Shown: in pieces, positions 1 to 9,749 of the stretch | How the letters are laid out: each line of letters opens with the position of its first letter | Position numbering within the stretch: position 1 is the stretch's first letter | Assembly (NCBI GenBank): GCA_039796775.1 | Contig: JBDKJD010000002.1 | Span: 12,574-76,573, forward strand | Source: Candidatus Parcubacteria bacterium | Lineage (GTDB): Bacteria > Patescibacteriota > Minisyncoccia > Phycocordibacterales > UBA5272 | Direction of reading: 5' to 3' | DNA length: 64,000 nucleotides | Notes under the pieces: model-generated | What the model was told of the DNA's origin: nothing | The model's database searches: none | Seen by the model: only the letters and a program-made list of their open reading frames with translations | Made by a program: the position numbers and the translations under genes

Positions 1-303
1 AAGAGGGAGTGTTTGACCGGGTATTGCTATTGTTTGAGGTTTTTTCTGAAGAGCTTCTGGTTTAACAACAGTGAAAGTAATAGACCTAACCCCCTCATGT
101 ATTGTTCTTAATATACGAAGAATAAATTTGTGATACTTTTGATTAAGCCAATCTTTAACAAACTCATTTGGTACACCAATAGTTACATCACCATCTTTGT
201 AGTCGACTATTTTTGTATTCTTAAACCAAGTGTTGTAGTTAACACGAGAGAGTTCTATCTCTATTTGAGATAAGGTGCTACTCCATAACTGTTGATAGTC
301 CAT
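1..303 (-). CDS. dnaA: Chromosomal replication initiator DnaA, 5' part (runs off the window)
   Basis: Manual translation MDYQQLWSSTLSQIEIELSRVNYNTWFKNTKIV...VPNEFVKDWLNQKY matches DnaA domain I; divergent from rpmH as usual. Confidence 0.92.
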   Translation of the reverse strand, partial: MDYQQLWSSTLSQIEIELSRVNYNTWFKNTKIVDYKDGDVTIGVPNEFVKDWLNQKYHKFILRILRTIHEGVRSITFTVVKPEALQKKPQTIAIPGQTLPL

Positions 304-427
304 AATTATATTCAAGTATACACACAGAAAAAAAAGGAACAACCTGGGGCGTAAATAGTTTATAGATAAGGGTTTGTAAGAGGTTGGGTTGATTAAAGTT
401 AGTTTTTGATGTAGAATATCCCCTATC

Positions 428-574
428 ATGTCTATTACATACAACCCAAAAAGAAAAAAACGAGCAACAACGCACGGATTCTTGGTACGCATGTCAACCA
501 AAGGAGGAAAGAAAGTAATTGCTAGAAGAAGAACAATAGGAAGAAAGAAGCTAGCTGTTAAAACATCTCGTTAA
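428..574 (+). CDS. rpmH: 50S ribosomal protein L34
   Basis: Manual translation [48 protein letters not shown]; rpmH-rnpA-yidC synteny. Confidence 0.96.
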   Translation: MSITYNPKRKKRATTHGFLVRMSTKGGKKVIARRRTIGRKKLAVKTSR

Positions 575-588
575 AATAAAAATCATTT

Positions 589-909
589 ATGATACCCGCA
601 ACAATGCGGCTCAGCAAAAAGGACTTCGACACTATACGATTCTCCACCATCTACAGAGGTCGCTTATTTGATGTAAAAAAAGGAGAATCCCCCTCTTTTA
701 AAGTTTCTTGTGTTATCTCCAAAAAAACAATAAAAACAGCAACAGGAAGAAACGTTATACGAAGAAAGGTGTTACATGCTATAAGAGAAGCATCTGTTTT
801 AGAAAACAAAACATCTGCTTTGTGTGTTTACCCAAAAAAAGAGATACAAGAAGCCAACTATCAAGATATTGTTTCTGAAATAATACAAGCATTTGCTACA
901 CTACGATAA
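589..909 (+). CDS. rnpA: Ribonuclease P protein component (start may be 604)
   Basis: RLSKKDF, ISKKTIKTATGRNVIRRK (RNR-like motif); position between rpmH and yidC. Confidence 0.85.
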   Translation: MIPATMRLSKKDFDTIRFSTIYRGRLFDVKKGESPSFKVSCVISKKTIKTATGRNVIRRKVLHAIREASVLENKTSALCVYPKKEIQEANYQDIVSEIIQAFATLR

Positions 910-921
910 CACTATAATACT

Positions 922-1641
922 ATGTTTAATACATTTTTTTACGAACCACTTTATAATCTTGTAGCGCTTGTTCTATCTATTGTTCCCCTTCATGATATCG
1001 GTATTAGTATTATCATTGTGACTATTATTGTTAAATTACTCTTAACACCGATTAATATCTCTGCACTCAGGACTCAGTATTTGATGAAAAAATTAGAAGG
1101 AGAGATGCAAGAAATAAAAACCCTTCAAAAGAAAAATCCACAAGAAGCTGCTCAAAAAATGGTAGCTATGTATAAAAGAGAAAAAATAAACCCATTTTCC
1201 TCTATCTTTGGAATGATATTACAAATCCCTATTTTTATAGCACTTTATTTCGTGTTCGCTAACGGTTTAACAGAAAATAAAGAAGCTCTATACCCCTTTA
1301 TCACTTTCCCAGAAAAGTTGCACACCTTAGCTTTTGGTATATTCGATGTCACACAAAAGAATATAGTCGTTGCTGTACTCGCAGGACTCGCTTCATATGT
1401 CTTAGCTAGAAGACAAACAAGTAGTATGGTCTCACAAGGAGAAGAAGGGTCATTCCAGGAGCATCTTATGAAGTCAATGAGAATACAACTTCTCTATGTT
1501 ATCCCAGTTATTGTTGCTGTTTCTGGGGCATTTCTCCCATCTGCACTTGCTCTCTATTGGTTAGTGAGTAGTATGGTGACGTATGGTCAAGATGTGTATG
1601 TTAAGAATAAATTAGCTCATCTTAAACCAGCTGACAAATAA
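922..1641 (+). CDS. yidC: Membrane protein insertase YidC (short, Oxa1-type)
   Basis: IIIVTIIVKLLLTP, YKREKINPF, LQIPIFIALY, ALALYWLVS motifs. Confidence 0.93.
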   Translation: MFNTFFYEPLYNLVALVLSIVPLHDIGISIIIVTIIVKLLLTPINISALRTQYLMKKLEGEMQEIKTLQKKNPQEAAQKMVAMYKREKINPFSSIFGMILQIPIFIALYFVFANGLTENKEALYPFITFPEKLHTLAFGIFDVTQKNIVVAVLAGLASYVLARRQTSSMVSQGEEGSFQEHLMKSMRIQLLYVIPVIVAVSGAFLPSALALYWLVSSMVTYGQDVYVKNKLAHLKPADK

Positions 1642-1675
1642 GAGTAAAAAATATTAACACTACTACCTCACATCG

Positions 1676-2959
1676 TTAGATCGCTCTATTTTCCACAACC
1701 ACTCTTTGAATAAGCCATAAATTACCATCCTTTTTATTAATAAATGATATAAAAAGAGTATTTCCTTTTATGTTAATAATATCGAAGTCACCCAGAGATT
1801 CATCGAATGAATAGTAGAGAGACCCCTCCCTTTTTGTTACATCAAATATCCAAAGTTCATCCTTAAAAGAGGTAAACCCTTTAAGCCAATCATCCGGTAA
1901 ATTCATATCATAAGAAAAATTAATAGGAACACCACATACACCAACGGTCCTATCTAAGAAACCACACTTTGTGGCGATAACCCTAAAAGGAAAAGCGAAT
2001 GAATCCCCTGCTCTTTCGAATCTCGTCTCTATCTCACCTTTGTTCCAAAACGAAGATATATACCCACCAGCTCCTGGGGTGATTTGTAACCCAGCTAGAT
2101 TTTTACTTATTGGGATAAAGTTAGGGACTGTAGTAACGACACCAAAAGCATAAGAAGAGGCTTTTGGTGTGGCGTACAATCTCCCAGCGTTTGCACCAAG
2201 TATCCACTCTCTAAAAGGAGAAGAAGCTACAAACGTACTTTTGCCGTTACGTAATTCATAAATATTACTAGAGTCTTCTGTTGTAAGAGCATAGAAGAGC
2301 GCCGCTCCATCATCAGACACTGTAACAGAAGATACATTAAGATTAAGATACTCTTCATTGGTCAGAGAGGTTGGTGACATGCTCGGACTAATGTTTGGTA
2401 ATGTTGCCACCAGACTAACAATTGATTCATTCTCCCTGTCTGCGTATCTGAAGAGAATACTCTTACCATTATTATAAATATAAGCATCATGCACACCAGG
2501 AACTGATGTATTAGTGATTTGAAACAATGAAACATTTTGAGTGTCATAGCCATATACAAAACCAGTTTCTCTGTCAACAAATAAGAGAATGGTGGTGGTA
2601 GCGCGTATTTGTGATCTGGTGAGCACTGTTCCTGTACCAGCAGTTGTTGTGGCGGTAATTTCTTTCAAAATAGTGTTTTCTATAAACGTATTACCTGTTG
2701 TTGGTTTATCCCAAATACGGAGGAGTGGGTCTTCCTTTTTTTGAGTAACAGAAGTGAAAGAAGAAGGCTTGGAATCTGTTGTATCAGATTCATCCCCTAT
2801 AAAAAGAAATCTGGGAGGAAGTGATGTAGAAGTAACAGGATATTGTTTTTCTACAAGAAGTGAACCATCCTTTGGTGTTGCGAAGAAAAAGTACCACACA
2901 AGTGCGACTATAACGAAGACAAAAACAATGCCTGTTACAAAGAGTAGTTTTTTATTCAT
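1676..2959 (-). CDS. Membrane-anchored hypothetical protein (beta-rich ectodomain)
   Basis: 427-aa ORF with an N-terminal TM helix; LPDDW motif; downstream end of the T4SS-like cluster. Confidence 0.7.
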   Translation of the reverse strand: MNKKLLFVTGIVFVFVIVALVWYFFFATPKDGSLLVEKQYPVTSTSLPPRFLFIGDESDTTDSKPSSFTSVTQKKEDPLLRIWDKPTTGNTFIENTILKEITATTTAGTGTVLTRSQIRATTTILLFVDRETGFVYGYDTQNVSLFQITNTSVPGVHDAYIYNNGKSILFRYADRENESIVSLVATLPNISPSMSPTSLTNEEYLNLNVSSVTVSDDGAALFYALTTEDSSNIYELRNGKSTFVASSPFREWILGANAGRLYATPKASSYAFGVVTTVPNFIPISKNLAGLQITPGAGGYISSFWNKGEIETRFERAGDSFAFPFRVIATKCGFLDRTVGVCGVPINFSYDMNLPDDWLKGFTSFKDELWIFDVTKREGSLYYSFDESLGDFDIINIKGNTLFISFINKKDGNLWLIQRVVVENRAI

Positions 2960-3082
2960 TATATAGAGTATAACAAGGAGAGATAGTTAACCTCAAAGCA
3001 CAAGACCTGCACCCTCTTGTTTAATGTGTTGTTACTGTGAAGATAATCGTTAGAAAATGAAAGAAGAGTCACTCATTTAGAG

Positions 3083-4024
3083 TTATTTGTATACATGCCA
3101 ATGTCGGCCAGTAGAAAAACTTGTGGCCCCCTTTTTCTCATCACAAAATGTCCAACCTCCCCATTTGTATACAGCGTGACAGCTACCAGAATTACCGATA
3201 TATGACTGAGAGGATATAAATTTATACAGAGGGTCATTCAGATTAGGTAACCCAGAAACACCTGTTGGAATTCTTAAGTCAACAGTAGAGACTCCAGGAC
3301 CATGGGTACTATGTGACCACCATTCAGTGCCACCAGACACAGTAACAGCACAATCACAAGCAGCTTTTAATGATATAAGCATTTGTATTACGTCTTTTGT
3401 CATTCCCCCAACATTCGTACAACTTCTTTGTGCAATACTAGAACAAGCTGCACGGTTAATGTCTATACCAGCCTGAGAAAGTGTTTGCCTCACTGTTTGA
3501 TCATTAACTCCTGTTATTTTGGCGAGATTGCCTGTCGGATCAGCAGAGCATGTCTTCCTCACACAACCCCCCGTTTGTACTGTTTGAGACGAAGTATTAC
3601 CGGATGATGTATTACCTGAAGATCTGTTGCCTGTGGTAGTGTTTGTATTAGAAGGTGTTCCTGGTAGTGTGTTTACCGCTGTGTTTAAGGGTATTTTTAA
3701 TGTTGTGAGAATGGGATTGGCTTGCAAAATATCTGTGTTGATAGAATTAAATAATACATACATTAAAAAAATACCAACAATACCAAACACAACCTGCTGC
3801 AAATATTTTTTGGCCAAACTGATATTGTTTTGAGTTGGGTTAAAAAGAAGTCTCGCTATATTAATACCTTGAAAGAAAACAGCGAATCCAATAGCGGTAA
3901 AAAATAGGACGCTAATAAATACAGTTACATCCGTAACAGATGGGTTCTGTGTAGAGAAATTAGGAACAGCAATACCGAGTTCTGCTAACGTATTACTATC
4001 AGAAAGGGGTACATAGTTCGACAT
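3083..4024 (-). CDS. Pilin-like membrane protein with a C-terminal putative Zn peptidase (M15/LAS-like) domain
   Basis: Two TM helices in a pilin-like arrangement, S/T/N linker, Cys-rich domain with H..H-x7-D (HSTHGPGVSTVD) and terminal HWH. Confidence 0.6.
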   Translation of the reverse strand: MSNYVPLSDSNTLAELGIAVPNFSTQNPSVTDVTVFISVLFFTAIGFAVFFQGINIARLLFNPTQNNISLAKKYLQQVVFGIVGIFLMYVLFNSINTDILQANPILTTLKIPLNTAVNTLPGTPSNTNTTTGNRSSGNTSSGNTSSQTVQTGGCVRKTCSADPTGNLAKITGVNDQTVRQTLSQAGIDINRAACSSIAQRSCTNVGGMTKDVIQMLISLKAACDCAVTVSGGTEWWSHSTHGPGVSTVDLRIPTGVSGLPNLNDPLYKFISSQSYIGNSGSCHAVYKWGGWTFCDEKKGATSFSTGRHWHVYK

Positions 4025-4039
4025 AGGTATTAGTATACT

Positions 4040-4999
4040 CTATCTCGTATCAAAAATAATTTCAGCGTTCACAGATTTTTTCTGAAGGCGTCTGTCTGGA
4101 CCTTCTAGATCAACCCTTAACTTTTGAACACCGAAGGCATTGCTTTTAGGAACAAAACCAAGAGTTGTCCCCTGCTCCCCAGTCACATCTATTCCGTCCA
4201 AGAACCATTTGTATACAGGAGGTTTATCTTCTTTGGTTGATAAGAAATAAGGTTCAATAGATAAGGCAAAAGGTTTTGCGGCTTCTATTCTACCGTCAAA
4301 AGGTTCTGTTAATACAGTGCCAAGAATTTCATTAAAAGAATAAAACCTCGGTTCTATATCAAAAGGTTTAAGGGTTATTGTTTTTGTACTAGTTTTGCCA
4401 CCTTCTGTTCTTACAACCACTCGCACATCTGACTCATCTCTTAGATAATCAAGCGCAAAAGAAAATGATTGCCTCCCCATCCCTGATTGTTTAGGCATTG
4501 GGGTACTATTCAAATACCAGGTATAACTGAGTCTGTTGTGAGGAACAATCTGCCCCTCCTCTTCTATCACAGGAAGCGCTGTGACTTTTGTTAACCCTCC
4601 GACAGCCCCAAAACTTCTCCCTTCATAAAAAAAAGGAACATGACTCTTAGGGGCCTCATGAATAAGAGTGAGAGAGGATGGGGAAAGTGTTATTTGTTGT
4701 TCTATAGAACTACCATTTTTGGTGGTTGCTGTAACATTTACTATTGTGTTTTCTCCGATGTCGCCTAATTTAACAGAGAATTCTCTACCACCGATACTAT
4801 CTTTGACTACATTGTTATTGATTCTCCATACTATCCTTGATGTTGTTGTATCAAAAGAAACACTCGACAAGATGAGAGTAACCAGAGAGTGTGGCACCCT
4901 CTCTTCTGGTGTGACTATAATGTTCGCATTTATTTGAGCATGTGCGAGAGTGAGGGTGTGTAACACAACCAAACATGCTAAGAGATATGGTTTTATCAT
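4040..4999 (-). CDS. Secreted hypothetical protein with Ig/PKD-like repeats
   Basis: Signal peptide; repeated Y/I-x-W-x-(L/I)-N/D segments; overlaps the virB4 stop. Confidence 0.7.
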   Translation of the reverse strand: MIKPYLLACLVVLHTLTLAHAQINANIIVTPEERVPHSLVTLILSSVSFDTTTSRIVWRINNNVVKDSIGGREFSVKLGDIGENTIVNVTATTKNGSSIEQQITLSPSSLTLIHEAPKSHVPFFYEGRSFGAVGGLTKVTALPVIEEEGQIVPHNRLSYTWYLNSTPMPKQSGMGRQSFSFALDYLRDESDVRVVVRTEGGKTSTKTITLKPFDIEPRFYSFNEILGTVLTEPFDGRIEAAKPFALSIEPYFLSTKEDKPPVYKWFLDGIDVTGEQGTTLGFVPKSNAFGVQKLRVDLEGPDRRLQKKSVNAEIIFDTR

Positions 5000-6813
5000 G
5001 CTTTTGAATCTTCTAATTCTTCCTTCATCTCTTTTATTTTGAGTAGTTGAGCTGGATCACTTGTGATGATTTGATCCTCGGTATATGAGGCTACGACTTT
5101 GAGTGCCACATGTTTTAGTCCTGCAAAGAAAATACCTTCCCCTACACCAGATTCAAGGAGCAAAAACTTTTCTTCATTCGTAAGATTGAAGGTCTTTTGT
5201 ACTACATCAATAGAGGTTGGTGATTGTTTGAGAAGGATTTGAATAGAAGAGTTGGTGATAATGGGTAATCCATAAGGAGACTTGAGGAAGTCTCCTACGT
5301 CTTGAGTAATAGTAGCTAGTCCTAGATAATACTTTCTGCCACGTTTAGCGAGACTAAAGAGGAAAGAAGCGGTATCTTCATTTTTCATCATTATCCACGC
5401 TTCATCCACTACAAGAAGTCTCTTGCGTAGATTCTTCCTGACCGCATTCCAAATGTGATGAGTGATAATATACATAGCTACAGGCTTGAGCTCTTCTTCC
5501 ATGTCACGAATAGAAAAACAAATAAGTTTTTTGTTAATATCTACATTACTTGGCTCATTAATAAAACCAGACCATGTACCTTTAGTGTATTTTGAAAGCT
5601 TTTGAATAAGAGATTCTGAGCCGTCGATTCCAGACAATACCATTTCAAAATCAGACAGAAGTGGTGGTTCAAGAGAAGTGAAATCACTATCCCCTGTGAT
5701 ATCTTTGAGGGCATATGTTTCTGTAATTGCTCTGTCTACTATCGTATCTTCTTCTGGTGTTAAGCCACCGAACATCACACGGAATAATCCAACCAAGTTA
5801 ACAATGTTTGATCTTAATACTTCGGATGGAGACTCATCCTCTGTTGGATGAGGTAAGTCAAAAGGATTAATATGATGATCACTCACAAGTGAAATATTAA
5901 AATATCTTCCACCAACAGATTCTGCCAAGAATTCATATTCTCGTTCTGGGTCAATAATAATTACTTCTGTGTCGAACATTAATGTTCTTAGGATTTCGAG
6001 CTTTGTGAAATAGCTTTTACCAGAACCAGACTTCGCGAATACAATTGAGTTATAGTTCTCAAGTGAGAATCTATCAAAAAGAATAAGGCTACCATTGTGA
6101 CGATTGAGTCCATATAATATTCCCTTATCTGACGAAAGATCAAAAGATACAAAAGGAAAGAAAGAAGAAAGAGGTGATGTGTTCAACTTATTTTTGATCT
6201 CAAGTAGGTCTGTTCCAAGTGGGATAACAGAAGAAAAAGCTTGATCTTGTTGGAAAAGCGCAGGCTTAACATAAATAAGTTTGCTCTCAAGGCTTGATTT
6301 TATCTCATTTTCTACTTTGTCTAACTCGTCTTCTGAATTAGCGTAGAGTGTTATATAAAGGGACACCTCAAACATTTTCTCCTGGGATTGAGTGAGACCG
6401 TCACGCAAGTCTTCTAAGTCTTGATACGCTGTTTCAAGTGTTGGGTCACGTACCATCCCCTCCTCCTCGCGTATCATCATCTGACTCTCTACCTCGGCTA
6501 CTTTTCTCTGAAAGGATTTCATCACCTCTGCTGTGTTGAGAGGATTGACATGTATAGAAATATCAAACACTTTATCAAGATTAATAATAGGGCTAAGCCA
6601 ATTATCGTTAAGATAACGAGGATATGATATGACAAAGAATGATCTAGCATAACTACCACCAATAAGAAGCCCTTTAGGAGTAACAGAAAGAGCGCTCGGT
6701 GCGATGATGTCTTTTAATTGCATCTCGGCAATTTTGTAGACTTGCTCTGGTAATATTGGAGCAACTTTAGATTCTTCTTTCTTTTGTTGTGATAAAAAAT
6801 CAAATATTCCCAT
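4996..6813 (-). CDS. virB4: VirB4/TraC-like conjugation-type ATPase
   Basis: Walker A AKSGSGKS, IIDPEREY, Walker B LLVVDEAW, KRGRKY, ITQD. Confidence 0.9.
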   Translation of the reverse strand: MGIFDFLSQQKKEESKVAPILPEQVYKIAEMQLKDIIAPSALSVTPKGLLIGGSYARSFFVISYPRYLNDNWLSPIINLDKVFDISIHVNPLNTAEVMKSFQRKVAEVESQMMIREEEGMVRDPTLETAYQDLEDLRDGLTQSQEKMFEVSLYITLYANSEDELDKVENEIKSSLESKLIYVKPALFQQDQAFSSVIPLGTDLLEIKNKLNTSPLSSFFPFVSFDLSSDKGILYGLNRHNGSLILFDRFSLENYNSIVFAKSGSGKSYFTKLEILRTLMFDTEVIIIDPEREYEFLAESVGGRYFNISLVSDHHINPFDLPHPTEDESPSEVLRSNIVNLVGLFRVMFGGLTPEEDTIVDRAITETYALKDITGDSDFTSLEPPLLSDFEMVLSGIDGSESLIQKLSKYTKGTWSGFINEPSNVDINKKLICFSIRDMEEELKPVAMYIITHHIWNAVRKNLRKRLLVVDEAWIMMKNEDTASFLFSLAKRGRKYYLGLATITQDVGDFLKSPYGLPIITNSSIQILLKQSPTSIDVVQKTFNLTNEEKFLLLESGVGEGIFFAGLKHVALKVVASYTEDQIITSDPAQLLKIKEMKEELEDSKA

Positions 6814-6817
6814 ATGA

Positions 6818-7450
6818 TTAAGAGTTGTTCACTTTAGGAACATGATTACTTTGTTCCCCTGGATTAAATAATTTGTACAAAAGCTCGACCAACTCTTCGG
6901 TGTTTAAGCGTTTAGCCCTCACCCCGAACCTTGAAAGTCCTTGTATAACAACAGCAACTCTTTGTTCCAGTTGAATACGTGCCGCTTCGAAAGAATTGTT
7001 ATCAGTATTCTTTTTGTCTCCAAAAGAAAGATTAAGAAGAGAGCTGCCCCCTAATGCTTGTCCGACTGTTGCGTATGGAATAGAGATAAAAAAGTGCTTG
7101 GTCATAATATTAGACTCGTCGGTGAATTTTTTGATAAACCCCATATATTCGTGAATTTGTATTTTAAGAAGATCTTCTTTTACGTTTTTGCTTCTGTCTT
7201 GGAGGAGATTCAAATAGTTCTCTATATTAAGCTTTCTTGATTCAATAAAGAACTGCACAGGGAAATCAAGCGAGTTTAAAAAGTTTTGGAATTGATTAAG
7301 TATCGCAGACACCTCGTCTTCGCTTTTGAGTCCAAGGTTCAAAGAGTTGGTGATCACAATTGCTCGTAGCTCTCCGTTTTTGAGTGTAACAATACCATCA
7401 CGTACTCTTTCTACAGAAACAAATTCTTGAGTGGCGGCGCCTTTTTGCAT
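6818..7450 (-). CDS. TraC/VirB4 N-terminal-like partner protein
   Basis: ATQEFV...LNLGLKSEDE...FLNSLDFPVQF; lies between PrgI and VirB4. Confidence 0.75.
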   Translation of the reverse strand: MQKGAATQEFVSVERVRDGIVTLKNGELRAIVITNSLNLGLKSEDEVSAILNQFQNFLNSLDFPVQFFIESRKLNIENYLNLLQDRSKNVKEDLLKIQIHEYMGFIKKFTDESNIMTKHFFISIPYATVGQALGGSSLLNLSFGDKKNTDNNSFEAARIQLEQRVAVVIQGLSRFGVRAKRLNTEELVELLYKLFNPGEQSNHVPKVNNS

Positions 7451-7482
7451 ACCATAGTAGTATACCTTAGATGAGAGTAGAA

Positions 7483-7908
7483 TTATTTATCTTTCTGTGA
7501 GTTGTGTTCAAAAACATCAAGTCCGAGCGACACATCGTGTATCCTATCCCTGTTTGTTTTCTCTATCACTATTTCTTTCTGAGTTTCGGTAACAACTTGA
7601 TTGATAGGATCACTTTCGTTGTCAGTAGTTGGTTGCTTCCAAGTGTAGAGCTTAGGGTTGGTGTAGTAAGCGAAAGCGCTCTCAAGCAAATCACCAAAAG
7701 GTTTTTGATTAAATTTGACAAAAGCAAGTGCCAAAAACAGTCCAGCTATAGGGATAATAAGCATAATTGCTATGAATTTAATTGGGATAAGAACCCAAAG
7801 AAGAAAGCTAAAACCAGCAGCTCCAGCCATATAACCGAATTGTTTGAGAGTGAATGGTCCAAAGACTTTGTCTTCTATGTCGATGAATTGAGGTACACGG
7901 AATTGCAT
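7483..7908 (-). CDS. PrgI family (VirB3-like) membrane protein
   Basis: MQFRVPQFIDIEDKVFGPFTLKQF signature plus two TM helices. Confidence 0.88.
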   Translation of the reverse strand: MQFRVPQFIDIEDKVFGPFTLKQFGYMAGAAGFSFLLWVLIPIKFIAIMLIIPIAGLFLALAFVKFNQKPFGDLLESAFAYYTNPKLYTWKQPTTDNESDPINQVVTETQKEIVIEKTNRDRIHDVSLGLDVFEHNSQKDK

Positions 7909-7966
7909 GAATATAGTATATAGTGGCTAGTGATTAGTGGCTAGAGGATTTCAATTTTCAAAAGAA

Positions 7967-7995
7967 AAGGCACTCACCTTACAAGTGAGTGCCTT
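7967..7995 (-). terminator. Intrinsic terminator of the 8017-8718 gene
   Basis: aaggcactcac...gtgagtgcctt inverted repeat with a T-run on the minus strand. Confidence 0.7.
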
Positions 7996-8016
7996 AAATC
8001 AGAGATAGCCCCTAGA

Positions 8017-8718
8017 TTAGGCGTTCTGAATGACGTCGCTGATGGCACGGAGCGCCGCTACTTTGCGTTCAGCACCCGGGATTTCGTAGAACCTCGGAAA
8101 TACCTGATACGCATGTATAGGTGCGGAGAGCATCGGGTCGTCGCCGCGATGCGGCGGTTCCATGATGGCGACATCTTTCACTTCACTTCCAGCAAAAGCC
8201 ATGTCGTCGCCGTAGCACGACCACAGTTGCCCACGGGGGATTCCTCCCGACGCCCGAACCTTCAGCTGAACAAGCTGACAGCGCGGAGCGTGGCTTCCGC
8301 AAGTCACCTGCTTTACCTCGTCCACTCCAAGTTGGGAGAAGATCTTCGCTGCGTTGGCGACCTCCTCGTCCGTGTTCTTGGCTTCTATATCGCAGGTGAT
8401 TCCTCGGAAAAGCTTGTCGAGCAACACCAGGTCGCAGTTTTGCTGAACCCTTGGGTGCGACTTGATGAGTTCAAACTCACCAAGCTTTCCCATGTGTTCG
8501 AGTAGTAAGCGCTTTGTATACTCTGCTTCCTTGATTCCGTCCTTCTCGGACGCACCGGTCCCGAAGACGATTCCAGCGACATTCTCGATGCCTGCGTTGA
8601 GTGCGACGAGCACCATCATGGGCAGAACTCCAAGCCTGTGGGGAGCTTCGCCCCACGCCAGCTTTTCCCAGTCCATTGCCTCAACATGTCGGCCATGAAC
8701 CAATATGCCAATCTTCAT
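8017..8718 (-). CDS. YdcF/DUF218-like protein, GC-rich accessory gene
   Basis: GTGAS...EAEY, KNTDEE, VTCGSHAPR resemble DUF218 motifs; visibly higher GC; SD AAGGAGG. Confidence 0.6.
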   Translation of the reverse strand: MKIGILVHGRHVEAMDWEKLAWGEAPHRLGVLPMMVLVALNAGIENVAGIVFGTGASEKDGIKEAEYTKRLLLEHMGKLGEFELIKSHPRVQQNCDLVLLDKLFRGITCDIEAKNTDEEVANAAKIFSQLGVDEVKQVTCGSHAPRCQLVQLKVRASGGIPRGQLWSCYGDDMAFAGSEVKDVAIMEPPHRGDDPMLSAPIHAYQVFPRFYEIPGAERKVAALRAISDVIQNA

Positions 8719-8995
8719 CAGAAACCTCCTTCTTTCGGGTTGGGAATGTGCGATTTTGAGCCATTTTGCCCAAAATTAAACCTGAAATAATTGTATCATT
8801 ATTTTTAATAATGTCAATATCATGCAGGGGGAGAGAATCTGGAATACAGAATATAGAGCTTAGAACAGAGAATATAGTAGGCGTGTTTTTAAAAAACCAT
8901 CTACAAAAGATAGAACACCCCTTTTGTTTTATGGTGTGCCTTTGTCTAAAACCATGCTTTACGTTCCGTGCTCTTAAGTCTTAGTATCATCAATA

Positions 8996-9730
8996 CTAGT
9001 CCTCAACTTGCTCTCTGTAAGGGTCAACATTATATGCTTTTGGAGCAACACTGTAGGTTGCCGGTTTTAATGTTGGAGTGACGGCATCCTTACCCTTCTC
9101 TCCAAACATGAAATTCTTAAGAGCCAAGTTTGACCTGAGTGTGTTATCATCCTCAACCTTTTTTATTGAAGAAATTTGATCTTGTATTAATTTGAGTCTC
9201 GCGTGTATTTCTGCGTCATCAGGGATTGAGCCGATGACTTGCAATTGCTCCATTAATTGAGAGCGGCTACCAGGCTTTATGATCGTTGTTTTTTTGGAGG
9301 GGTCAGATTGAGGTTTATTCAAACCGGACTCTCTTTTGGTGGTGTCCATTATTTCTTTTCGCAACTCTTCTTTTGAACGGACACCATCATATTCTAATGT
9401 TTTAACTTCTTCTTGATCTTCAAGAACAGCTTTTCTCGCCTCTTGAAATATTGAAGCATTTAAGTCTGTTGCTATGAGGTTGGCATCCTTTTCATCAACT
9501 CCTGCCAAGTCAATGAGTGCCTGTACTACATCCTTTGGTTCTATAGCACCAAGCAATGTGAAAGCAATCACTGTCGAGAGACCACTTTGTGATGATACAG
9601 GAATAGAATAATTATGAGAGAGAGTGAGAACTGCTTGGTCAACAGAAGGACCATCTAATAATGTGAGAATCACTTCAGGCGCTTTCTCTACATAGCTCTC
9701 TATATCAATTGAAGCATAGTCAATACTCAT
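8996..9730 (-). CDS. Hypothetical protein
   Basis: 244-aa ORF ending in DPYRE; follows the VirB6-like gene. Confidence 0.7.
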   Translation of the reverse strand: MSIDYASIDIESYVEKAPEVILTLLDGPSVDQAVLTLSHNYSIPVSSQSGLSTVIAFTLLGAIEPKDVVQALIDLAGVDEKDANLIATDLNASIFQEARKAVLEDQEEVKTLEYDGVRSKEELRKEIMDTTKRESGLNKPQSDPSKKTTIIKPGSRSQLMEQLQVIGSIPDDAEIHARLKLIQDQISSIKKVEDDNTLRSNLALKNFMFGEKGKDAVTPTLKPATYSVAPKAYNVDPYREQVED

Positions 9731-9749
9731 GATAAGTAAGTGTACATCA

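Noticed and set aside
304-427. oriC in the dnaA-rpmH gap
   Set aside because: No convincing TTATNCACA boxes found; an origin downstream of dnaA, outside the window, is not excluded
278-475. 65-aa minus-strand ORF
   Set aside because: Shadow of rpmH and the dnaA start
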